Shown here in pieces: positions 49,288-59,745 of a stretch of 64,000 nt of DNA (position 1 is its first letter; each line of letters opens with the position of its first letter). A model generated the notes under the pieces. The model was not told where the DNA came from and did no database searches. It saw only the letters and a program-made list of their open reading frames with translations. The DNA comes from an uncultured Polynucleobacter sp. (GTDB taxonomy: Bacteria; Pseudomonadota; Gammaproteobacteria; Burkholderiales; Burkholderiaceae). A program made the position numbers and the translations under genes. Location: assembly GCA_964343915.1 (NCBI GenBank), contig CAYFKY010000001.1, forward strand, positions 6,219 to 70,218, read 5' to 3'.

Positions 49288-51765
49288 ATGAATACACAGC
49301 CTGAGACCTCCCATCCAACCAACCAAGCTTGTTATCACTGCGGTGGTGACCTAGCTCAAGATAAGCCCTATGAGGTTGAATTGGGTGGGGCACCGCGCTA
49401 TTTTTGTTGTGCTGGTTGTATGGCGATTGCCCAAACAATCCACGGGCAAGGATTAGACGCTTTTTATGCCAGACGTATTCCTCTGGGTGGCAAGCCGGAA
49501 AGCTTAGACCATCTGAGTGATCAAGTTCCAGAACATTTATTGGCTTATGACGATCCAGTTCTATTGGATCGTTTTACTCGACCATCAGCACAATTTCCGG
49601 GTGAGATTGAAACAACTCTGCGTTTAGAGAAGATTCGTTGTGCTGCTTGTGTCTGGCTAAATGAGCAGCATCTCAAGCGTTTATCAGGCGTGAAAGATGT
49701 GCAAATTAATTACGTCACTCAACGAGCCATTGTTAGATTTGATCCTCAGCAAGTTCAGTTATCAAAGTTGTTACATGCTGTTGAGCAAATAGGTTATGAA
49801 GCCTGGCCATTTGAGCCCTCGATGAGTGCGGGGTTAGCAAAAAAAGAGCGACGTCATCTATTGATGCGTTTAGGGGTGGCTATGTTGGGCATGATGCAGG
49901 TGATGATGTATGCCTGGCCAACTTACACCGATGCCCAAGATTTATTAGCAGAGCATGCGCTGTTATTGGATTGGACTAGTTGGGCATTAACCGTGCCTGT
50001 GGTCTTTTATTCTGCCGGCCCGATGTTTATTGCAGCATGGCACAGTATTAAGTCCTTCCCTAAAACGGGCATGCTGGGTATGGATGTGCCTGTAACTCTC
50101 GCGATAGCTTTGGCATTCATGGCAGGAACCATCAGTTTGGTGTTTGGCGTTGGAGAAAGTTACTTTGATTCCATCACCATGTTTGTGGCATTTTTGTTGG
50201 GCGCTAGGTACTTGGAGTTGCTTGCTAGGCAGGATGCTCAGGGTGGTGCTGAAGCATTAGCAAAACAATTGCCTGCAACATGTGAGCGCCTAGAAAATTA
50301 TCCTGCTGAAGAGTCAAAAACTGTTGCTGTGGTTAGATGCCAAGTTGGTGATGTGTTGCGTATTTCACCAGGCGAGCTAGTACCTGTTGATGGTGTGTTA
50401 ATTGCAGGTGTTGCCAATTTAAACGAGGCGCTGCTCACTGGTGAATCAAGATCGGTTGCTAAAGTTATTGGCGATACTTTATATGCGGGCAGTCATAACA
50501 TCGAGAGTCCTATCTTGATGAAAGTTACGGCAGTTGGGCAGGGCACGCGGATTGCTGGTATTGCATCACTTTTAGATAAAGCTTTGGAAGCAAAACCACA
50601 AATGGTTGGTTTGGCAGAAAAGTGGGCTGGGTACTTTGTGGTGTTTTTAATGTTGGCTGCTGGATTAACCGCAGTTGCTTGGTATTTTTTAGATCCAATT
50701 AGAGCTTGGGAAACAGCTGTGGCAGTGCTAGTAGCCAGTTGTCCTTGTGCTTTATCTCTGGCAACGCCAGCAGCCATGGCTGCTGCTCAGGGCGCTATCA
50801 CCAAATTGGGATTACTCGTGGTACGTGGTCATGTGATGGAGACATTAGCAAAAGCCACTGATCTTGTGCTGGATAAAACAGGAACCCTCACAACAGGTCA
50901 TCCTGAGTTAAAGCAAATACTTAATATCCGAGCAGGTGCTACAGAGGAGGATGTTCTAGCGATTGCTTTGGCAATGGAGTTGGGGCAAAAACATCCTTTG
51001 GCACTGGCCATTATTGAGGCAGCCCAAAAGAAACATATCAGTCCTGCAAAACTATCAGAAGCTACAGTTAGTGAGTTAGGTAAAGGATTGAGATCTGGTG
51101 TGTACCAACTGGGCAGTCGTCAATGGTTGTCCTTAGATGCAGTTGATATACCAGCGGAGCATCAGCAATCTAGCTTGGTTTATTTAAGAGACGAAAAAGG
51201 TCTACTAGCAGTTCTCGCATTGCTGGATAGTCCACGAGAAGGTGCGAAGGAACTGATTCAGGTGGCGCAACATAGAGGCATCAAGATTCACCTTTTATCA
51301 GGTGATGATGCCCAGACTGTTGCTTGGTGGGCTAATTATTTTGGTATTGAGCAACAGCGTGGTGGAGCGCTTCCTGAAGATAAGTTTTCATACATTGAAC
51401 AGTTGCAGTCAAAGGGCGCCAAAATTTGGGCGGTTGGTGATGGTGTGAACGATGCGCCATTCTTAGCCAAAGCCGACATTTCTGTAGCTGTTGGTAATGG
51501 TGCGCCATTAGCGCAAGCTGGTGCTGATGCAGTATTAACAACAGAGTCTTTGAAGCCTTTGTCTCAAGCTTTGCAATTGGCGGACAAAACAAAAACCATC
51601 ATGCGCCAAAATTTAATTTGGGCTTTTGTTTACAACGTTATTGCCATACCTATTGCCATGATGGGGTGGGTGAATCCGTGGATTGCTGGCATAGGCATGT
51701 CGATCTCATCGTTAGCGGTCACTTTAAATGCGTGGCGCTTAAGAAAAGTTAGCTCTTTAAACTAA
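49288..51765 (+). CDS. ccoI: cbb3 assembly Cu-translocating P1B ATPase CcoI/FixI
   Basis: 'CYHC...FCCAGC', 'CAAC', 'SCPCAL', 'DKTGT' and 'GDGVND'. Confidence 0.93.
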   Translation: MNTQPETSHPTNQACYHCGGDLAQDKPYEVELGGAPRYFCCAGCMAIAQTIHGQGLDAFYARRIPLGGKPESLDHLSDQVPEHLLAYDDPVLLDRFTRPSAQFPGEIETTLRLEKIRCAACVWLNEQHLKRLSGVKDVQINYVTQRAIVRFDPQQVQLSKLLHAVEQIGYEAWPFEPSMSAGLAKKERRHLLMRLGVAMLGMMQVMMYAWPTYTDAQDLLAEHALLLDWTSWALTVPVVFYSAGPMFIAAWHSIKSFPKTGMLGMDVPVTLAIALAFMAGTISLVFGVGESYFDSITMFVAFLLGARYLELLARQDAQGGAEALAKQLPATCERLENYPAEESKTVAVVRCQVGDVLRISPGELVPVDGVLIAGVANLNEALLTGESRSVAKVIGDTLYAGSHNIESPILMKVTAVGQGTRIAGIASLLDKALEAKPQMVGLAEKWAGYFVVFLMLAAGLTAVAWYFLDPIRAWETAVAVLVASCPCALSLATPAAMAAAQGAITKLGLLVVRGHVMETLAKATDLVLDKTGTLTTGHPELKQILNIRAGATEEDVLAIALAMELGQKHPLALAIIEAAQKKHISPAKLSEATVSELGKGLRSGVYQLGSRQWLSLDAVDIPAEHQQSSLVYLRDEKGLLAVLALLDSPREGAKELIQVAQHRGIKIHLLSGDDAQTVAWWANYFGIEQQRGGALPEDKFSYIEQLQSKGAKIWAVGDGVNDAPFLAKADISVAVGNGAPLAQAGADAVLTTESLKPLSQALQLADKTKTIMRQNLIWAFVYNVIAIPIAMMGWVNPWIAGIGMSISSLAVTLNAWRLRKVSSLN

Positions 51766-51808
51766 CTGTTAAGGCAAAATTCTTTAAGCAATAGGTTAGA
51801 CTCACGCC

Positions 51809-52012
51809 ATGGAAAGCTTATATCTTCTAATACCTATGTCGCTGGTGGTGATTGGCTTCATCGTGGCAGTTCTTTACTGGTCTGTGAAAAATGGCCAGTT
51901 TGAGGATTTAGAAGGGCCTGGTCATGCGATCTTGATGGATGATGACACCCCAAAATCTAATTCTGTGTCAGACAAAACCGACACATTGCCTCCAATTAAT
52001 ACAAAAAACTAG
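51809..52012 (+). CDS. ccoS: cbb3 oxidase assembly protein CcoS
   Basis: 'MESLYLLIP...WSVKNGQFEDLEG'. Confidence 0.93.
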   Translation: MESLYLLIPMSLVVIGFIVAVLYWSVKNGQFEDLEGPGHAILMDDDTPKSNSVSDKTDTLPPINTKN

Positions 52013-52027
52013 CTCTCCCTCAAAAAC

Positions 52028-52041
52028 TTGACCTATATCAA
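52028..52041. promoter_or_regulatory. FNR box upstream of ccoN
   Basis: TTGAC-CTAT-ATCAA against the consensus TTGAT-N4-ATCAA. Confidence 0.8.
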
Positions 52042-52114
52042 GGTCTTGAAAAGCACCAAGTTTGATAATCAGGACTGGGATAAATCGGCCATTCGGCTAG
52101 TAAAGGGAGAAACC

Positions 52115-53557
52115 ATGGGATTTGCCGTGGGTAATACGCAAGACAACTTTAACTACAAAGTTGTACGCCAATTTGCTTTAGTAACAGTGCTTTGGGGCAT
52201 TGTGGGCATGTTGGTAGGTGTGATTTTGGCGGCTCAGTTAATCTGGCCAGATATCACGTTCAATATTCCATTTTTGAGCTATGGTCGCCTGCGCCCATTG
52301 CACACTAATGCGGTTATTTTTGCCTTTGGTGGTAGCGCGCTATTTGCGACTTCCTACTACATCGTGCAGCGTACCTGCCAGGTGCGTTTGTTCTGCGATA
52401 AGTTAGCTTCTTTCACCTTCTGGGGTTGGCAAGCTGTTATCGTGGCTGCAGCGGTGACTCTGCCTTTAGGTATCACTACTTCTAAAGAGTATGCCGAACT
52501 AGAATGGCCAATCGATATTTTGATTACCTTGGTTTGGGTTGCATATGCCGTTGTTTTCTTCGGTACTGTGATCAAGCGTAAAACTAAGCATATCTACGTT
52601 TCTAACTGGTTCTTCGGTGCTTACATTTTGACAATTGCGATGTTGCACATTGTTAATAACATCGAAATGCCAGCTAGCTTGTTTAAGTCATATTCAGCTT
52701 ACGCTGGTGCACAAGACGCCATGATTCAGTGGTGGTATGGTCACAACGCGGTGGGCTTCTTCTTGACAACAAGCTTCTTGGGCATGATGTATTACTTCAT
52801 TCCTAAGCAAGCTGAGCGTCCAATCTACTCATATCGTTTGTCAATCGTTCACTTCTGGGCGTTGAACTTCACATATATGTGGGCTGGTCCTCACCACTTA
52901 CAACACACAGCATTGCCTGACTGGACTCAGTCTTTAGGTATGGTGTTCTCATTGATCTTGTTGGCACCATCATGGGGCGGCATGATTAACGGCATCATGA
53001 CTTTGTCTGGCGCATGGCACAAGCTACGTCGTGATCCTATCTTGAAGTTCTTGATTACCGCTTTGTCTTTCTACGGTATGTCTACTTTCGAAGGTTCAAT
53101 GATGTCTATTAAGACAGTGAACAGCTTGTCACACTACACAGACTGGACAATCGGTCACGTGCACTCAGGTGCTTTGGGTTGGGTGGCAATGATCACGATT
53201 GGTTCTATGTACTACTTGATCCCACGTTTGGTTGGCGAAAAAGAAATGTATAGCACCAAGTTAATTGAGTTGCACTTCTGGATTTCTACTATCGGTGTTG
53301 TTCTTTACATCGCTGCTATGTGGATTGCTGGTGTGATGCAAGGTTTGATGTGGAGAGCTTTCCAACCAGACGGTACATTGACATACAGCTTCGTTGAATC
53401 TGTAAAAGCAACATATCCGTTCTATGCAATTCGTTTGTTGGGTGGCTTGTGCTTCTTGTCAGGTATGTTTGTGATGGCCTACAACGTGTTGAAAACTGTT
53501 CAGCACAAGAAGTTTGTAGATGCTCCAATTCCAACTGCTATTGCAGCTGCCCACTAA
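52115..53557 (+). CDS. ccoN: cbb3-type cytochrome c oxidase subunit I
   Basis: 'GRLRPLHTN', '[10 protein letters not shown]', 'WAGPHH' and '[10 protein letters not shown]'. Start follows the GGGAG RBS. Confidence 0.98.
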   Translation: MGFAVGNTQDNFNYKVVRQFALVTVLWGIVGMLVGVILAAQLIWPDITFNIPFLSYGRLRPLHTNAVIFAFGGSALFATSYYIVQRTCQVRLFCDKLASFTFWGWQAVIVAAAVTLPLGITTSKEYAELEWPIDILITLVWVAYAVVFFGTVIKRKTKHIYVSNWFFGAYILTIAMLHIVNNIEMPASLFKSYSAYAGAQDAMIQWWYGHNAVGFFLTTSFLGMMYYFIPKQAERPIYSYRLSIVHFWALNFTYMWAGPHHLQHTALPDWTQSLGMVFSLILLAPSWGGMINGIMTLSGAWHKLRRDPILKFLITALSFYGMSTFEGSMMSIKTVNSLSHYTDWTIGHVHSGALGWVAMITIGSMYYLIPRLVGEKEMYSTKLIELHFWISTIGVVLYIAAMWIAGVMQGLMWRAFQPDGTLTYSFVESVKATYPFYAIRLLGGLCFLSGMFVMAYNVLKTVQHKKFVDAPIPTAIAAAH

Positions 53558-53574
53558 GCTAAAGGAGAGATTCT

Positions 53575-54231
53575 ATGTCTGATAATAAAAAGTTCTTCTC
53601 TCACAATACGCTAGAGAGTAATGCGGGTTGGTTGATTGTGACCACTATTTTTGTGGTTGCAATCGCAGGCTTGGTGCAAATCGTGCCATTGTTCTTCCAA
53701 CATTCAACAACTAAGCCAGCTGAAGGTGTGACACCTTATTCAGCACTACGTTTGGCTGGACGTGACGTGTATCAACGTGAAGGTTGCTTAGGTTGCCATT
53801 CACAACACATCCGTACATTGCGTTCTGAAACAGAGCGTTATGGTCCTTACTCTGTAGCAGGTGAGTCAGTATTTGATCATCCATTCTTGTGGGGTTCAAA
53901 GCGTACAGGTCCTGACTTGGCTCGTGTAGGTCAGCGTTATTCTGATGATTGGCATCGTATTCACTTGCGTAATCCACGCGATGTGGTGCCTGAGTCAAAT
54001 ATGCCTGGCTACCCATGGTTGCAAAACAAGCCAGCAAGCAATGTGGGTGATATTTCTGCTCACATGACAGCATTACGTCGCTTGGGTGTGCCATACACCG
54101 ATGAGCAAATTGCTAATGGTCCAAAAGAGTTAGAAGGCAAGACAGAAGAAGATGCTTTGATTGCTTACTTACAAGGTTTGGGTACTAGTCGTCGTGCGGT
54201 TCAAGCTGCAAAGACGAGCGCAAGTAACTAA
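53575..54231 (+). CDS. ccoO: cbb3 oxidase subunit II
   Basis: 'EGCLGCHSQ', '[10 protein letters not shown]' and 'PESNMP'. Confidence 0.97.
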   Translation: MSDNKKFFSHNTLESNAGWLIVTTIFVVAIAGLVQIVPLFFQHSTTKPAEGVTPYSALRLAGRDVYQREGCLGCHSQHIRTLRSETERYGPYSVAGESVFDHPFLWGSKRTGPDLARVGQRYSDDWHRIHLRNPRDVVPESNMPGYPWLQNKPASNVGDISAHMTALRRLGVPYTDEQIANGPKELEGKTEEDALIAYLQGLGTSRRAVQAAKTSASN

Positions 54232-54250
54232 TTAGAGATTAAGAGATCTT

Positions 54251-54430
54251 ATGGAAAACATCGTACCTTATCTATCGGCAACATCGACGATTTTAGGTTT
54301 GGTGTTTTTCGTGGGCATTATTTGGTGGGCTTGGTCTGCCAACCGTCAAGCAGCTAATCAAGAATCAGCTAACTTGCCATTTGATCTCCCAGATGAATAC
54401 AAGAAGGACGATAAAAAGGATAAATCATGA
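54251..54430 (+). CDS. ccoQ: cbb3 oxidase subunit IV (59 aa, not in the ORF track)
   Basis: MENIVPYLSATSTILGLVFFVGIIWWAWSANRQAANQESANLPF... lies between ccoO and ccoP, with an ATGA overlap. Confidence 0.92.
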   Translation: MENIVPYLSATSTILGLVFFVGIIWWAWSANRQAANQESANLPFDLPDEYKKDDKKDKS

Positions 54431-55350
54431 GTGATTTTTTCAGTAGCGGTTGGGGTGTGTACATCGCCCTAGTGACAGGTGTAGGTATCGTATGGTGCTT
54501 ATATTTGTTGTTCTCACAACGTAAAACAAATGTGACTTACAAGCCAGATGGTTCAGTGGCTGATACTGGTCACGTTTGGGATGATGATTTGCGTGAATTG
54601 AACAATCCATTGCCACGCTGGTGGATGTGGATGTTCTTGTTGTCATGCGTTTTCGCTATCGTTTACTTAACTTTGTACCCAGGCATGGGTGAGTACAAAG
54701 GTACATTGGGTTATTCAACAACTGGTGCGCATGATGCATCTGTTGCTCAGGCTAACGATCAATTGAAGCCGGTATATGCCAAATATATGGGTTTAGACGT
54801 TAAGCAAGTAGCCGCTGATCCTGCTGCTCGTGAAATGGGTCAACGTCTATTCTTGAATCATTGCGCACAATGCCATGGTTCAGATGCTGGCGGTTCAAAA
54901 GGTTTCCCAAATTTATCTGATAGCGATTGGTTGTATGGTGGTGAGCCAACTGATATCAAAACAACTATTTTGGGTGGTCGTGCTGGTGTAATGCCTCCGT
55001 TTGCTCACCTAGAAAGTGGTCAAGTAAGCGATGTGGCTAACTATGTGCGCAATTTGTCTGGCTTAGCTGCAGACCAAATCAAAGTGGGCCGTGGTGCAGA
55101 AGTGTTTAAAGCTAACTGCGCAGCATGTCATGGTGGTGACGGTAAAGGTAATACTGCGATGGGTGCTCCTAACCTAACTGACAAAGTTTGGTTATATGGC
55201 AGTTCAGAAGCAACTATCGTTGAGACTGTGACTAAGGGCCGTAATGGCATGATGCCAGCTCACGAAGCAATTTTGACTCCTGAGAAAGTTCATTTATTAG
55301 CCGCCTATGTTTGGGGCTTATCAAATGTTAAAGATAAAGCTGCTAAGTAA
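54427..55350 (+). CDS. ccoP: cbb3 oxidase subunit III (diheme)
   Basis: 'GHVWD', 'NNPLPRWW' and two CXXCH motifs. Confidence 0.97.
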   Translation: MSDFFSSGWGVYIALVTGVGIVWCLYLLFSQRKTNVTYKPDGSVADTGHVWDDDLRELNNPLPRWWMWMFLLSCVFAIVYLTLYPGMGEYKGTLGYSTTGAHDASVAQANDQLKPVYAKYMGLDVKQVAADPAAREMGQRLFLNHCAQCHGSDAGGSKGFPNLSDSDWLYGGEPTDIKTTILGGRAGVMPPFAHLESGQVSDVANYVRNLSGLAADQIKVGRGAEVFKANCAACHGGDGKGNTAMGAPNLTDKVWLYGSSEATIVETVTKGRNGMMPAHEAILTPEKVHLLAAYVWGLSNVKDKAAK

Positions 55351-56810
55351 TGTCGAATGATTTTTTAGAAAAAGAGGAAAGCTCGCAGAACACTGTAGAG
55401 CTTGCTCTCTACGAAGTAAGACGCAAAATCTACCCCCGCTCAGTGAGTGGGGTTTTTGCCAAGTGGCGCATTGTTTTAGTTTTGTTTACCCAGATCCTTT
55501 TTTATGGATTGCCTTGGGTGCAATGGAATGATCGTCAAGCAGTTCTGTTTGATTTAATTTCTCGTAAGTTTTATATCTTCGGCTTGGTTCTTTGGCCGCA
55601 AGACATTATTTATTTAACGCTGTTATTGATTTTGTCAGCGTTGGGACTTTTCTTATTTACAGCGGTTGCAGGAAGACTGTTCTGTGGTTATGCATGTCCT
55701 CAAACAGTTTATACAGAACTATTCATGTGGATAGAGCGCAAGATCGAAGGTGATCGTTTTGCGCGTATTCGTTTAGACGGTGAAGAGTGGCCATGGAGCT
55801 TTAAAAAGTGGCGCATTAAATTTGCCAAGCATTCTCTTTGGGTGTTGATTGCTTTGTGGACTGGTTTCACATTTGTTGGTTACTTCACACCCATCAAAGT
55901 ATTTGCCGCAGAAATTATCGGATTCACTTTGGGTCCATGGCAGGCTTTCTGGTGGTTGTTCTATGCATTTGCAACTTGGGGTAACGCTGGATTCATGCGT
56001 GAGCAGGTTTGTAAATACATGTGCCCATATGCGCGTTTCCAAAGTGTGATGGTCGACAAGGACACATTCTTGGTAACGTACGATAAAACCAGAGGTGAGC
56101 CACGCGGTAGTCGTTCTAAGTCTGCTGACTATAAACAGCTAGGGTTAGGCGAATGCGTTGATTGCAGTATTTGTGTACAAGTCTGTCCAACTGGCATTGA
56201 TATCAGAGATGGTTTGCAATACATGTGTATTGGTTGTGGTGCGTGCATTGACGCATGTAACCAGGTGATGGAGAAGGTTGGTTATCCAAAAGGATTGGTC
56301 AGATATACCTCTGAGCGAGCTATGTTAGAACACATGGATAACAAGAAGGCTCGTCATTACATATTTAGACCTCGTGTGATGGTTTACATCAGCATCATGT
56401 CTGTTTTATTGATTGCTTTTGTTACTTCTGTATTCTTGCGTAACCCTTTAAGGGTGGATGTGATGCGTGATCGTGGCGCATTAGCAAGAGAGATTGAAGG
56501 AACTAAGATAGAGAATATTTATCGCTTGCAAATCATGAACTCTTCTGAGAATCCAATGAATGTTCAAATTGCTGTGACGGGTTTACCTAATATGCAGCTT
56601 TTAGATTCTCAAGGTAAAGAAGTTAAAGATTTGGTTGTGAATTCTGCAAGTAATTTATTGATGCCTGTTAAGGTTCGTGTGCTGATTGATGATGTTAAGT
56701 CGGGTAACCATCCAATTAACTTTGATATTCAGGCAAAAGAGGGTGGTCCAAATGCCTCTGATGCATTGAGAGTGCGCGAAGAAAAATCTAGTTTTATTGT
56801 TCCAAGGTAA
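55350..56810 (+). CDS. ccoG: Cytochrome c oxidase accessory protein CcoG
   Basis: 'GRLFCGYACPQT', 'CKYMCPY' and two 4Fe-4S Cys motifs. Confidence 0.96.
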   Translation: MSNDFLEKEESSQNTVELALYEVRRKIYPRSVSGVFAKWRIVLVLFTQILFYGLPWVQWNDRQAVLFDLISRKFYIFGLVLWPQDIIYLTLLLILSALGLFLFTAVAGRLFCGYACPQTVYTELFMWIERKIEGDRFARIRLDGEEWPWSFKKWRIKFAKHSLWVLIALWTGFTFVGYFTPIKVFAAEIIGFTLGPWQAFWWLFYAFATWGNAGFMREQVCKYMCPYARFQSVMVDKDTFLVTYDKTRGEPRGSRSKSADYKQLGLGECVDCSICVQVCPTGIDIRDGLQYMCIGCGACIDACNQVMEKVGYPKGLVRYTSERAMLEHMDNKKARHYIFRPRVMVYISIMSVLLIAFVTSVFLRNPLRVDVMRDRGALAREIEGTKIENIYRLQIMNSSENPMNVQIAVTGLPNMQLLDSQGKEVKDLVVNSASNLLMPVKVRVLIDDVKSGNHPINFDIQAKEGGPNASDALRVREEKSSFIVPR

Positions 56811-56829
56811 GATTGGGATAAATGGAGGC

Positions 56830-57024
56830 ATGATGATGTCAAACGAAGTAACAAATAAGCCTTGGTGGAAACAGTTGTGGCCATGGTTGATTATTAGTGG
56901 TCCAGCGATTGGCTTTGTGGGTGCCGCTATTACTATTTGGTTTGCATTTACAAAAGATGTGGACCAGCCCATACGTGATGGTATTCAAAAGCAGGGCTTT
57001 AAAGTTGAACAGGTGGCAAAATGA
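56830..57024 (+). CDS. ccoH: Short FixH/CcoH-like protein
   Basis: 'KPWWKQLWPWLIISGP' matches the FixH N-terminus. GGAGG RBS; lies after ccoG. Confidence 0.7.
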   Translation: MMMSNEVTNKPWWKQLWPWLIISGPAIGFVGAAITIWFAFTKDVDQPIRDGIQKQGFKVEQVAK

Positions 57025-57281
57025 GATGTCGTATGTGGATGTGGATTTTGTGGCCATCATTCTTGGTGGCTGGTGTCGCTGAAGGTCTCTTCTTCACGAT
57101 TGTTCACCCTGAAGACTTAATCTTTTTTGATCAGCCTGTTACAGCATCTAGAGAAGCTGTTTATACAATCGGTTTCTTTTTATTTTGGTTCCTGTGCTCT
57201 TTATCAAGTGCCTTGACGATCTATATATTGCCAGGTTCTGTTTGTGACCTGAATGAAAAAGCGGATGGTGGGCTAATTTAG
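57021..57281 (+). CDS. Small membrane protein of cbb3 loci
   Basis: 'ILWPSFL', 'VYTIGFFLFW'; two TM segments; ATGA overlap. Confidence 0.8.
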   Translation: MRCRMWMWILWPSFLVAGVAEGLFFTIVHPEDLIFFDQPVTASREAVYTIGFFLFWFLCSLSSALTIYILPGSVCDLNEKADGGLI

Positions 57282-57299
57282 TTTTTGAGTGGTAACTAA

Positions 57300-57335
57300 T
57301 AATAAAAAAGCAGCTAATTAGCTGCTTTTTTATTA
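57300..57335. terminator. Bidirectional terminator (perfect palindrome)
   Basis: TAATAAAAAAGCAGCTAATTAGCTGCTTTTTTATTA. Confidence 0.88.
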
Positions 57336-57368
57336 ACTGATCAAAATAACTTCTATTGAATTAGATTG

Positions 57369-58124
57369 TTACGCTGTTTTAGTTGGGCTTGCGCAATGAA
57401 TGGCGCGTGATTTACCTGCCAACTCTAATAAGCCATCCATATCGACTAGTTTGATGTGGCGTTGTTTGATTTGAATTAAGCCAGACTCAGTAAAGCGTGA
57501 GAAGAGTCGGCTCACAGTTTCGAGTTGAATACCTAAGTAGCTACCAATTTCTTCGCGGCTCATGCGTAAATGGTATTCAGTTGGTGAGTAGCCGCGAGCA
57601 GCTAAACGATCTGATAAATTCAACAAGAAGCTGGCTAAACGTTCTTCGGCTCTTAAGCTGCCTAGAGACAGTAAATGTCTTTGATCTTGGGTCAGTTCGC
57701 GACTCAAAATACGATGAAATTGATGTTGTAGCGATGGGATCTGGCGAGCTAATGATTCAAAGTCACTGAATCTCACAACGCAGGCTTCGCTGTCTTCTAG
57801 CGCAACTGCATTTGATTGATAGTGATTTTCGCCAATACCATCTAAGCCTAACATTTCGCCAGGAAGGTGAAAGCCGGTAATTTGTTCTCTGCCATCAGGA
57901 AGTGCGTATTCTGTTTTGAGTGTGCCAAACTTGATACCATACACAGCAGTGAGTGGTTCACCTTGTCTGTAGAGAGAGTCTCCTTTTTTGAGTCGAACTC
58001 TTTCAGTAACCAGGGTATCAATTTTGTTGGCATCATCTGCGCTTAGACCAACAGGCAGGCAAAATTGACCTAATACACAGGTTGAGCATTTATTAGGAGA
58101 TTCTGCGCTTGAAATACGATTCAT
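57369..58124 (-). CDS. fnr: O2-sensing regulator Fnr/Anr
   Basis: N-terminal 'CSTCVLGQFCLP', a fourth Cys ('SEAC') and the HTH 'ETVSR'. Confidence 0.95.
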   Translation of the reverse strand: MNRISSAESPNKCSTCVLGQFCLPVGLSADDANKIDTLVTERVRLKKGDSLYRQGEPLTAVYGIKFGTLKTEYALPDGREQITGFHLPGEMLGLDGIGENHYQSNAVALEDSEACVVRFSDFESLARQIPSLQHQFHRILSRELTQDQRHLLSLGSLRAEERLASFLLNLSDRLAARGYSPTEYHLRMSREEIGSYLGIQLETVSRLFSRFTESGLIQIKQRHIKLVDMDGLLELAGKSRAIHCASPTKTA

Positions 58125-58145
58125 TAATCTTTGCTTTTCATCAAG

Positions 58146-58159
58146 TTGATTTACATCAA
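58146..58159. promoter_or_regulatory. Consensus FNR box between fnr and the TauE/DsbD_2 gene
   Basis: TTGAT-TTAC-ATCAA, a perfect match to consensus. Confidence 0.9.
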
Positions 58160-58216
58160 TAGATATTATTCTATAACTTTGTTAATGACATTACTACTTA
58201 GGGAATATTAATAAGT

Positions 58217-58990
58217 ATGGTCACCAGTACCTTATTTTTGACCATCTTTATGGGTGCCCTAGTGAGTGGCTGGCATTGCGCCCTGATGTGTGGCGGTATT
58301 GCCGCAGGCGTTGAGCGCTTGAAGAGCGCAGGCGACGTGGCACCGCTTAGAAAAATATCGCGATTAGGCATGTTTTTTGAGCAATTAACCATGCATTTAG
58401 GCAGAATTTCCAGTTATGTTGCTTTGGGAAGTATTGCCGGTCTGGTTGGTGTGCCTATTTGGCAACAAGGTTGGTTGCCTGTGCAAAGATTGTTATTTGC
58501 TTTGGCCGCCTTGATATTTATATTTCAAGCCTATCGAATTTTGTCTCAAAGTAAGGGGGCAAATAGCGCCTGGGATCTTTGGTTGAATGCTAAAACTGCG
58601 ACTTTATGGGCGAAATTAGCTCGGTACATATCTGATAAAAATAGTCCGAAATCTCATTTTTTGACTGGCATGGTTTGGGGCTTGGTGCCTTGCGGTCTGA
58701 TTTACAGTGTTCTGCCGCTGGCTTTTTTGTCGGGGGATCCTGCCTCAGGCGCACTTTTGATGCTCGCCTTTGGTTTGGGTACTTTGCCTAATTTGTTATT
58801 AATTAGTGGTTTTTCTGCTCGTTTGGCTGGATGGGGTCATCAATCTTGGGCCAGGTATTTGGCGGCAGGTTTGATGTTAATCACTGGTTTGTTTGGTTTG
58901 TACCGAGCATTTACCTTGCCAAATGACCTTTTGAGGGGCGGTTTTTGCATTGCCTCAACTTTGAATTACAATAGCTACCTAGTCGGTTAA
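58217..58990 (+). CDS. TauE/SafE-like (DsbD_2) membrane protein associated with cbb3 loci
   Basis: 'HCALMCGG', 'GRISSY', 'WGLVPCGLIY' and 'FGLGTLP'. Confidence 0.88.
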   Translation: MVTSTLFLTIFMGALVSGWHCALMCGGIAAGVERLKSAGDVAPLRKISRLGMFFEQLTMHLGRISSYVALGSIAGLVGVPIWQQGWLPVQRLLFALAALIFIFQAYRILSQSKGANSAWDLWLNAKTATLWAKLARYISDKNSPKSHFLTGMVWGLVPCGLIYSVLPLAFLSGDPASGALLMLAFGLGTLPNLLLISGFSARLAGWGHQSWARYLAAGLMLITGLFGLYRAFTLPNDLLRGGFCIASTLNYNSYLVG

Positions 58991-59070
58991 TAAGAATTAC
59001 ATGATGAATGGTCGGTGTCTAAATGCCGGTCGTCCTTAACCCTAATATAAATAGTTCCCTTTTTTAATTT

Positions 59071-59745
59071 ATGAATCCAGAACAGCTCAAGCTGGTGCTT
59101 GAAACTGCACTCTTATGTGCAGAACAGCCTATGACTATCAACGACCTACGTCGTTTATTCATGGAAGAAATTTCTACAGAAGACATGACTGCTGCTTTAT
59201 TAGAGGTGCAGTCTGCCTGGGCTGATAAGGGGATGGAGCTTTTAGAGCTTGCTACAGGTTGGCGTTTCCAAAGTCGTTTAGCGATGCGTGAATATCTAGA
59301 TCGCTTAACGCCTGAGAAACCACCTAAATATTCAAGAGCTGTGATGGAGACATTAGCCATCATTGCTTATAGACAACCAGTGACACGTGGTGAAATTGAA
59401 GAGATTCGTGGTGTGACAGTTAGTTCAAATGTCATCAAACAACTTGAGGACCGCGGGTGGGTGGAAGTGGTAGGACACAAGGAAACCGTTGGTCGCCCAG
59501 GTTTATACGCCACTACAAGACAGTTTTTAAATGATCTTAGTTTGACTACTTTGCAAGAATTGCCAATGTTGGAAGATGCTGATGCTCAAGCAGCTTCAGT
59601 GGCTCAGCGTGTGATTGAGTTTGAGGGTGATCAAGCAGTAGCAGTTGATCAAGTCATTGATGTGGTTGATACATCAAGCACTGAAGAGCCTGCGTCAGTA
59701 GATGCTGCTGACAATATTGAGAATAACGAAAAAGCTAATGACTAG
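59071..59745 (+). CDS. scpB: SMC-Scp complex subunit ScpB
   Basis: '[29 protein letters not shown]' and 'GRPGLYATT'. Confidence 0.96.
   Translation: MNPEQLKLVLETALLCAEQPMTINDLRRLFMEEISTEDMTAALLEVQSAWADKGMELLELATGWRFQSRLAMREYLDRLTPEKPPKYSRAVMETLAIIAYRQPVTRGEIEEIRGVTVSSNVIKQLEDRGWVEVVGHKETVGRPGLYATTRQFLNDLSLTTLQELPMLEDADAQAASVAQRVIEFEGDQAVAVDQVIDVVDTSSTEEPASVDAADNIENNEKAND

Noticed and set aside
52028..52114. N-terminal extension of ccoN in the ORF track
   Set aside because: The TTG is part of the FNR box. The true start is the ATG at 52115 with a good RBS.
56830..57024. Truncated ccoH pseudogene
   Set aside because: It has an intact RBS and translational coupling to the next gene, and short FixH-like proteins occur in betaproteobacterial cco loci.
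59071..59745. scpB without an adjacent scpA
   Set aside because: scpB-rluB-rimP-nusA-infB with scpA elsewhere is a familiar betaproteobacterial arrangement.
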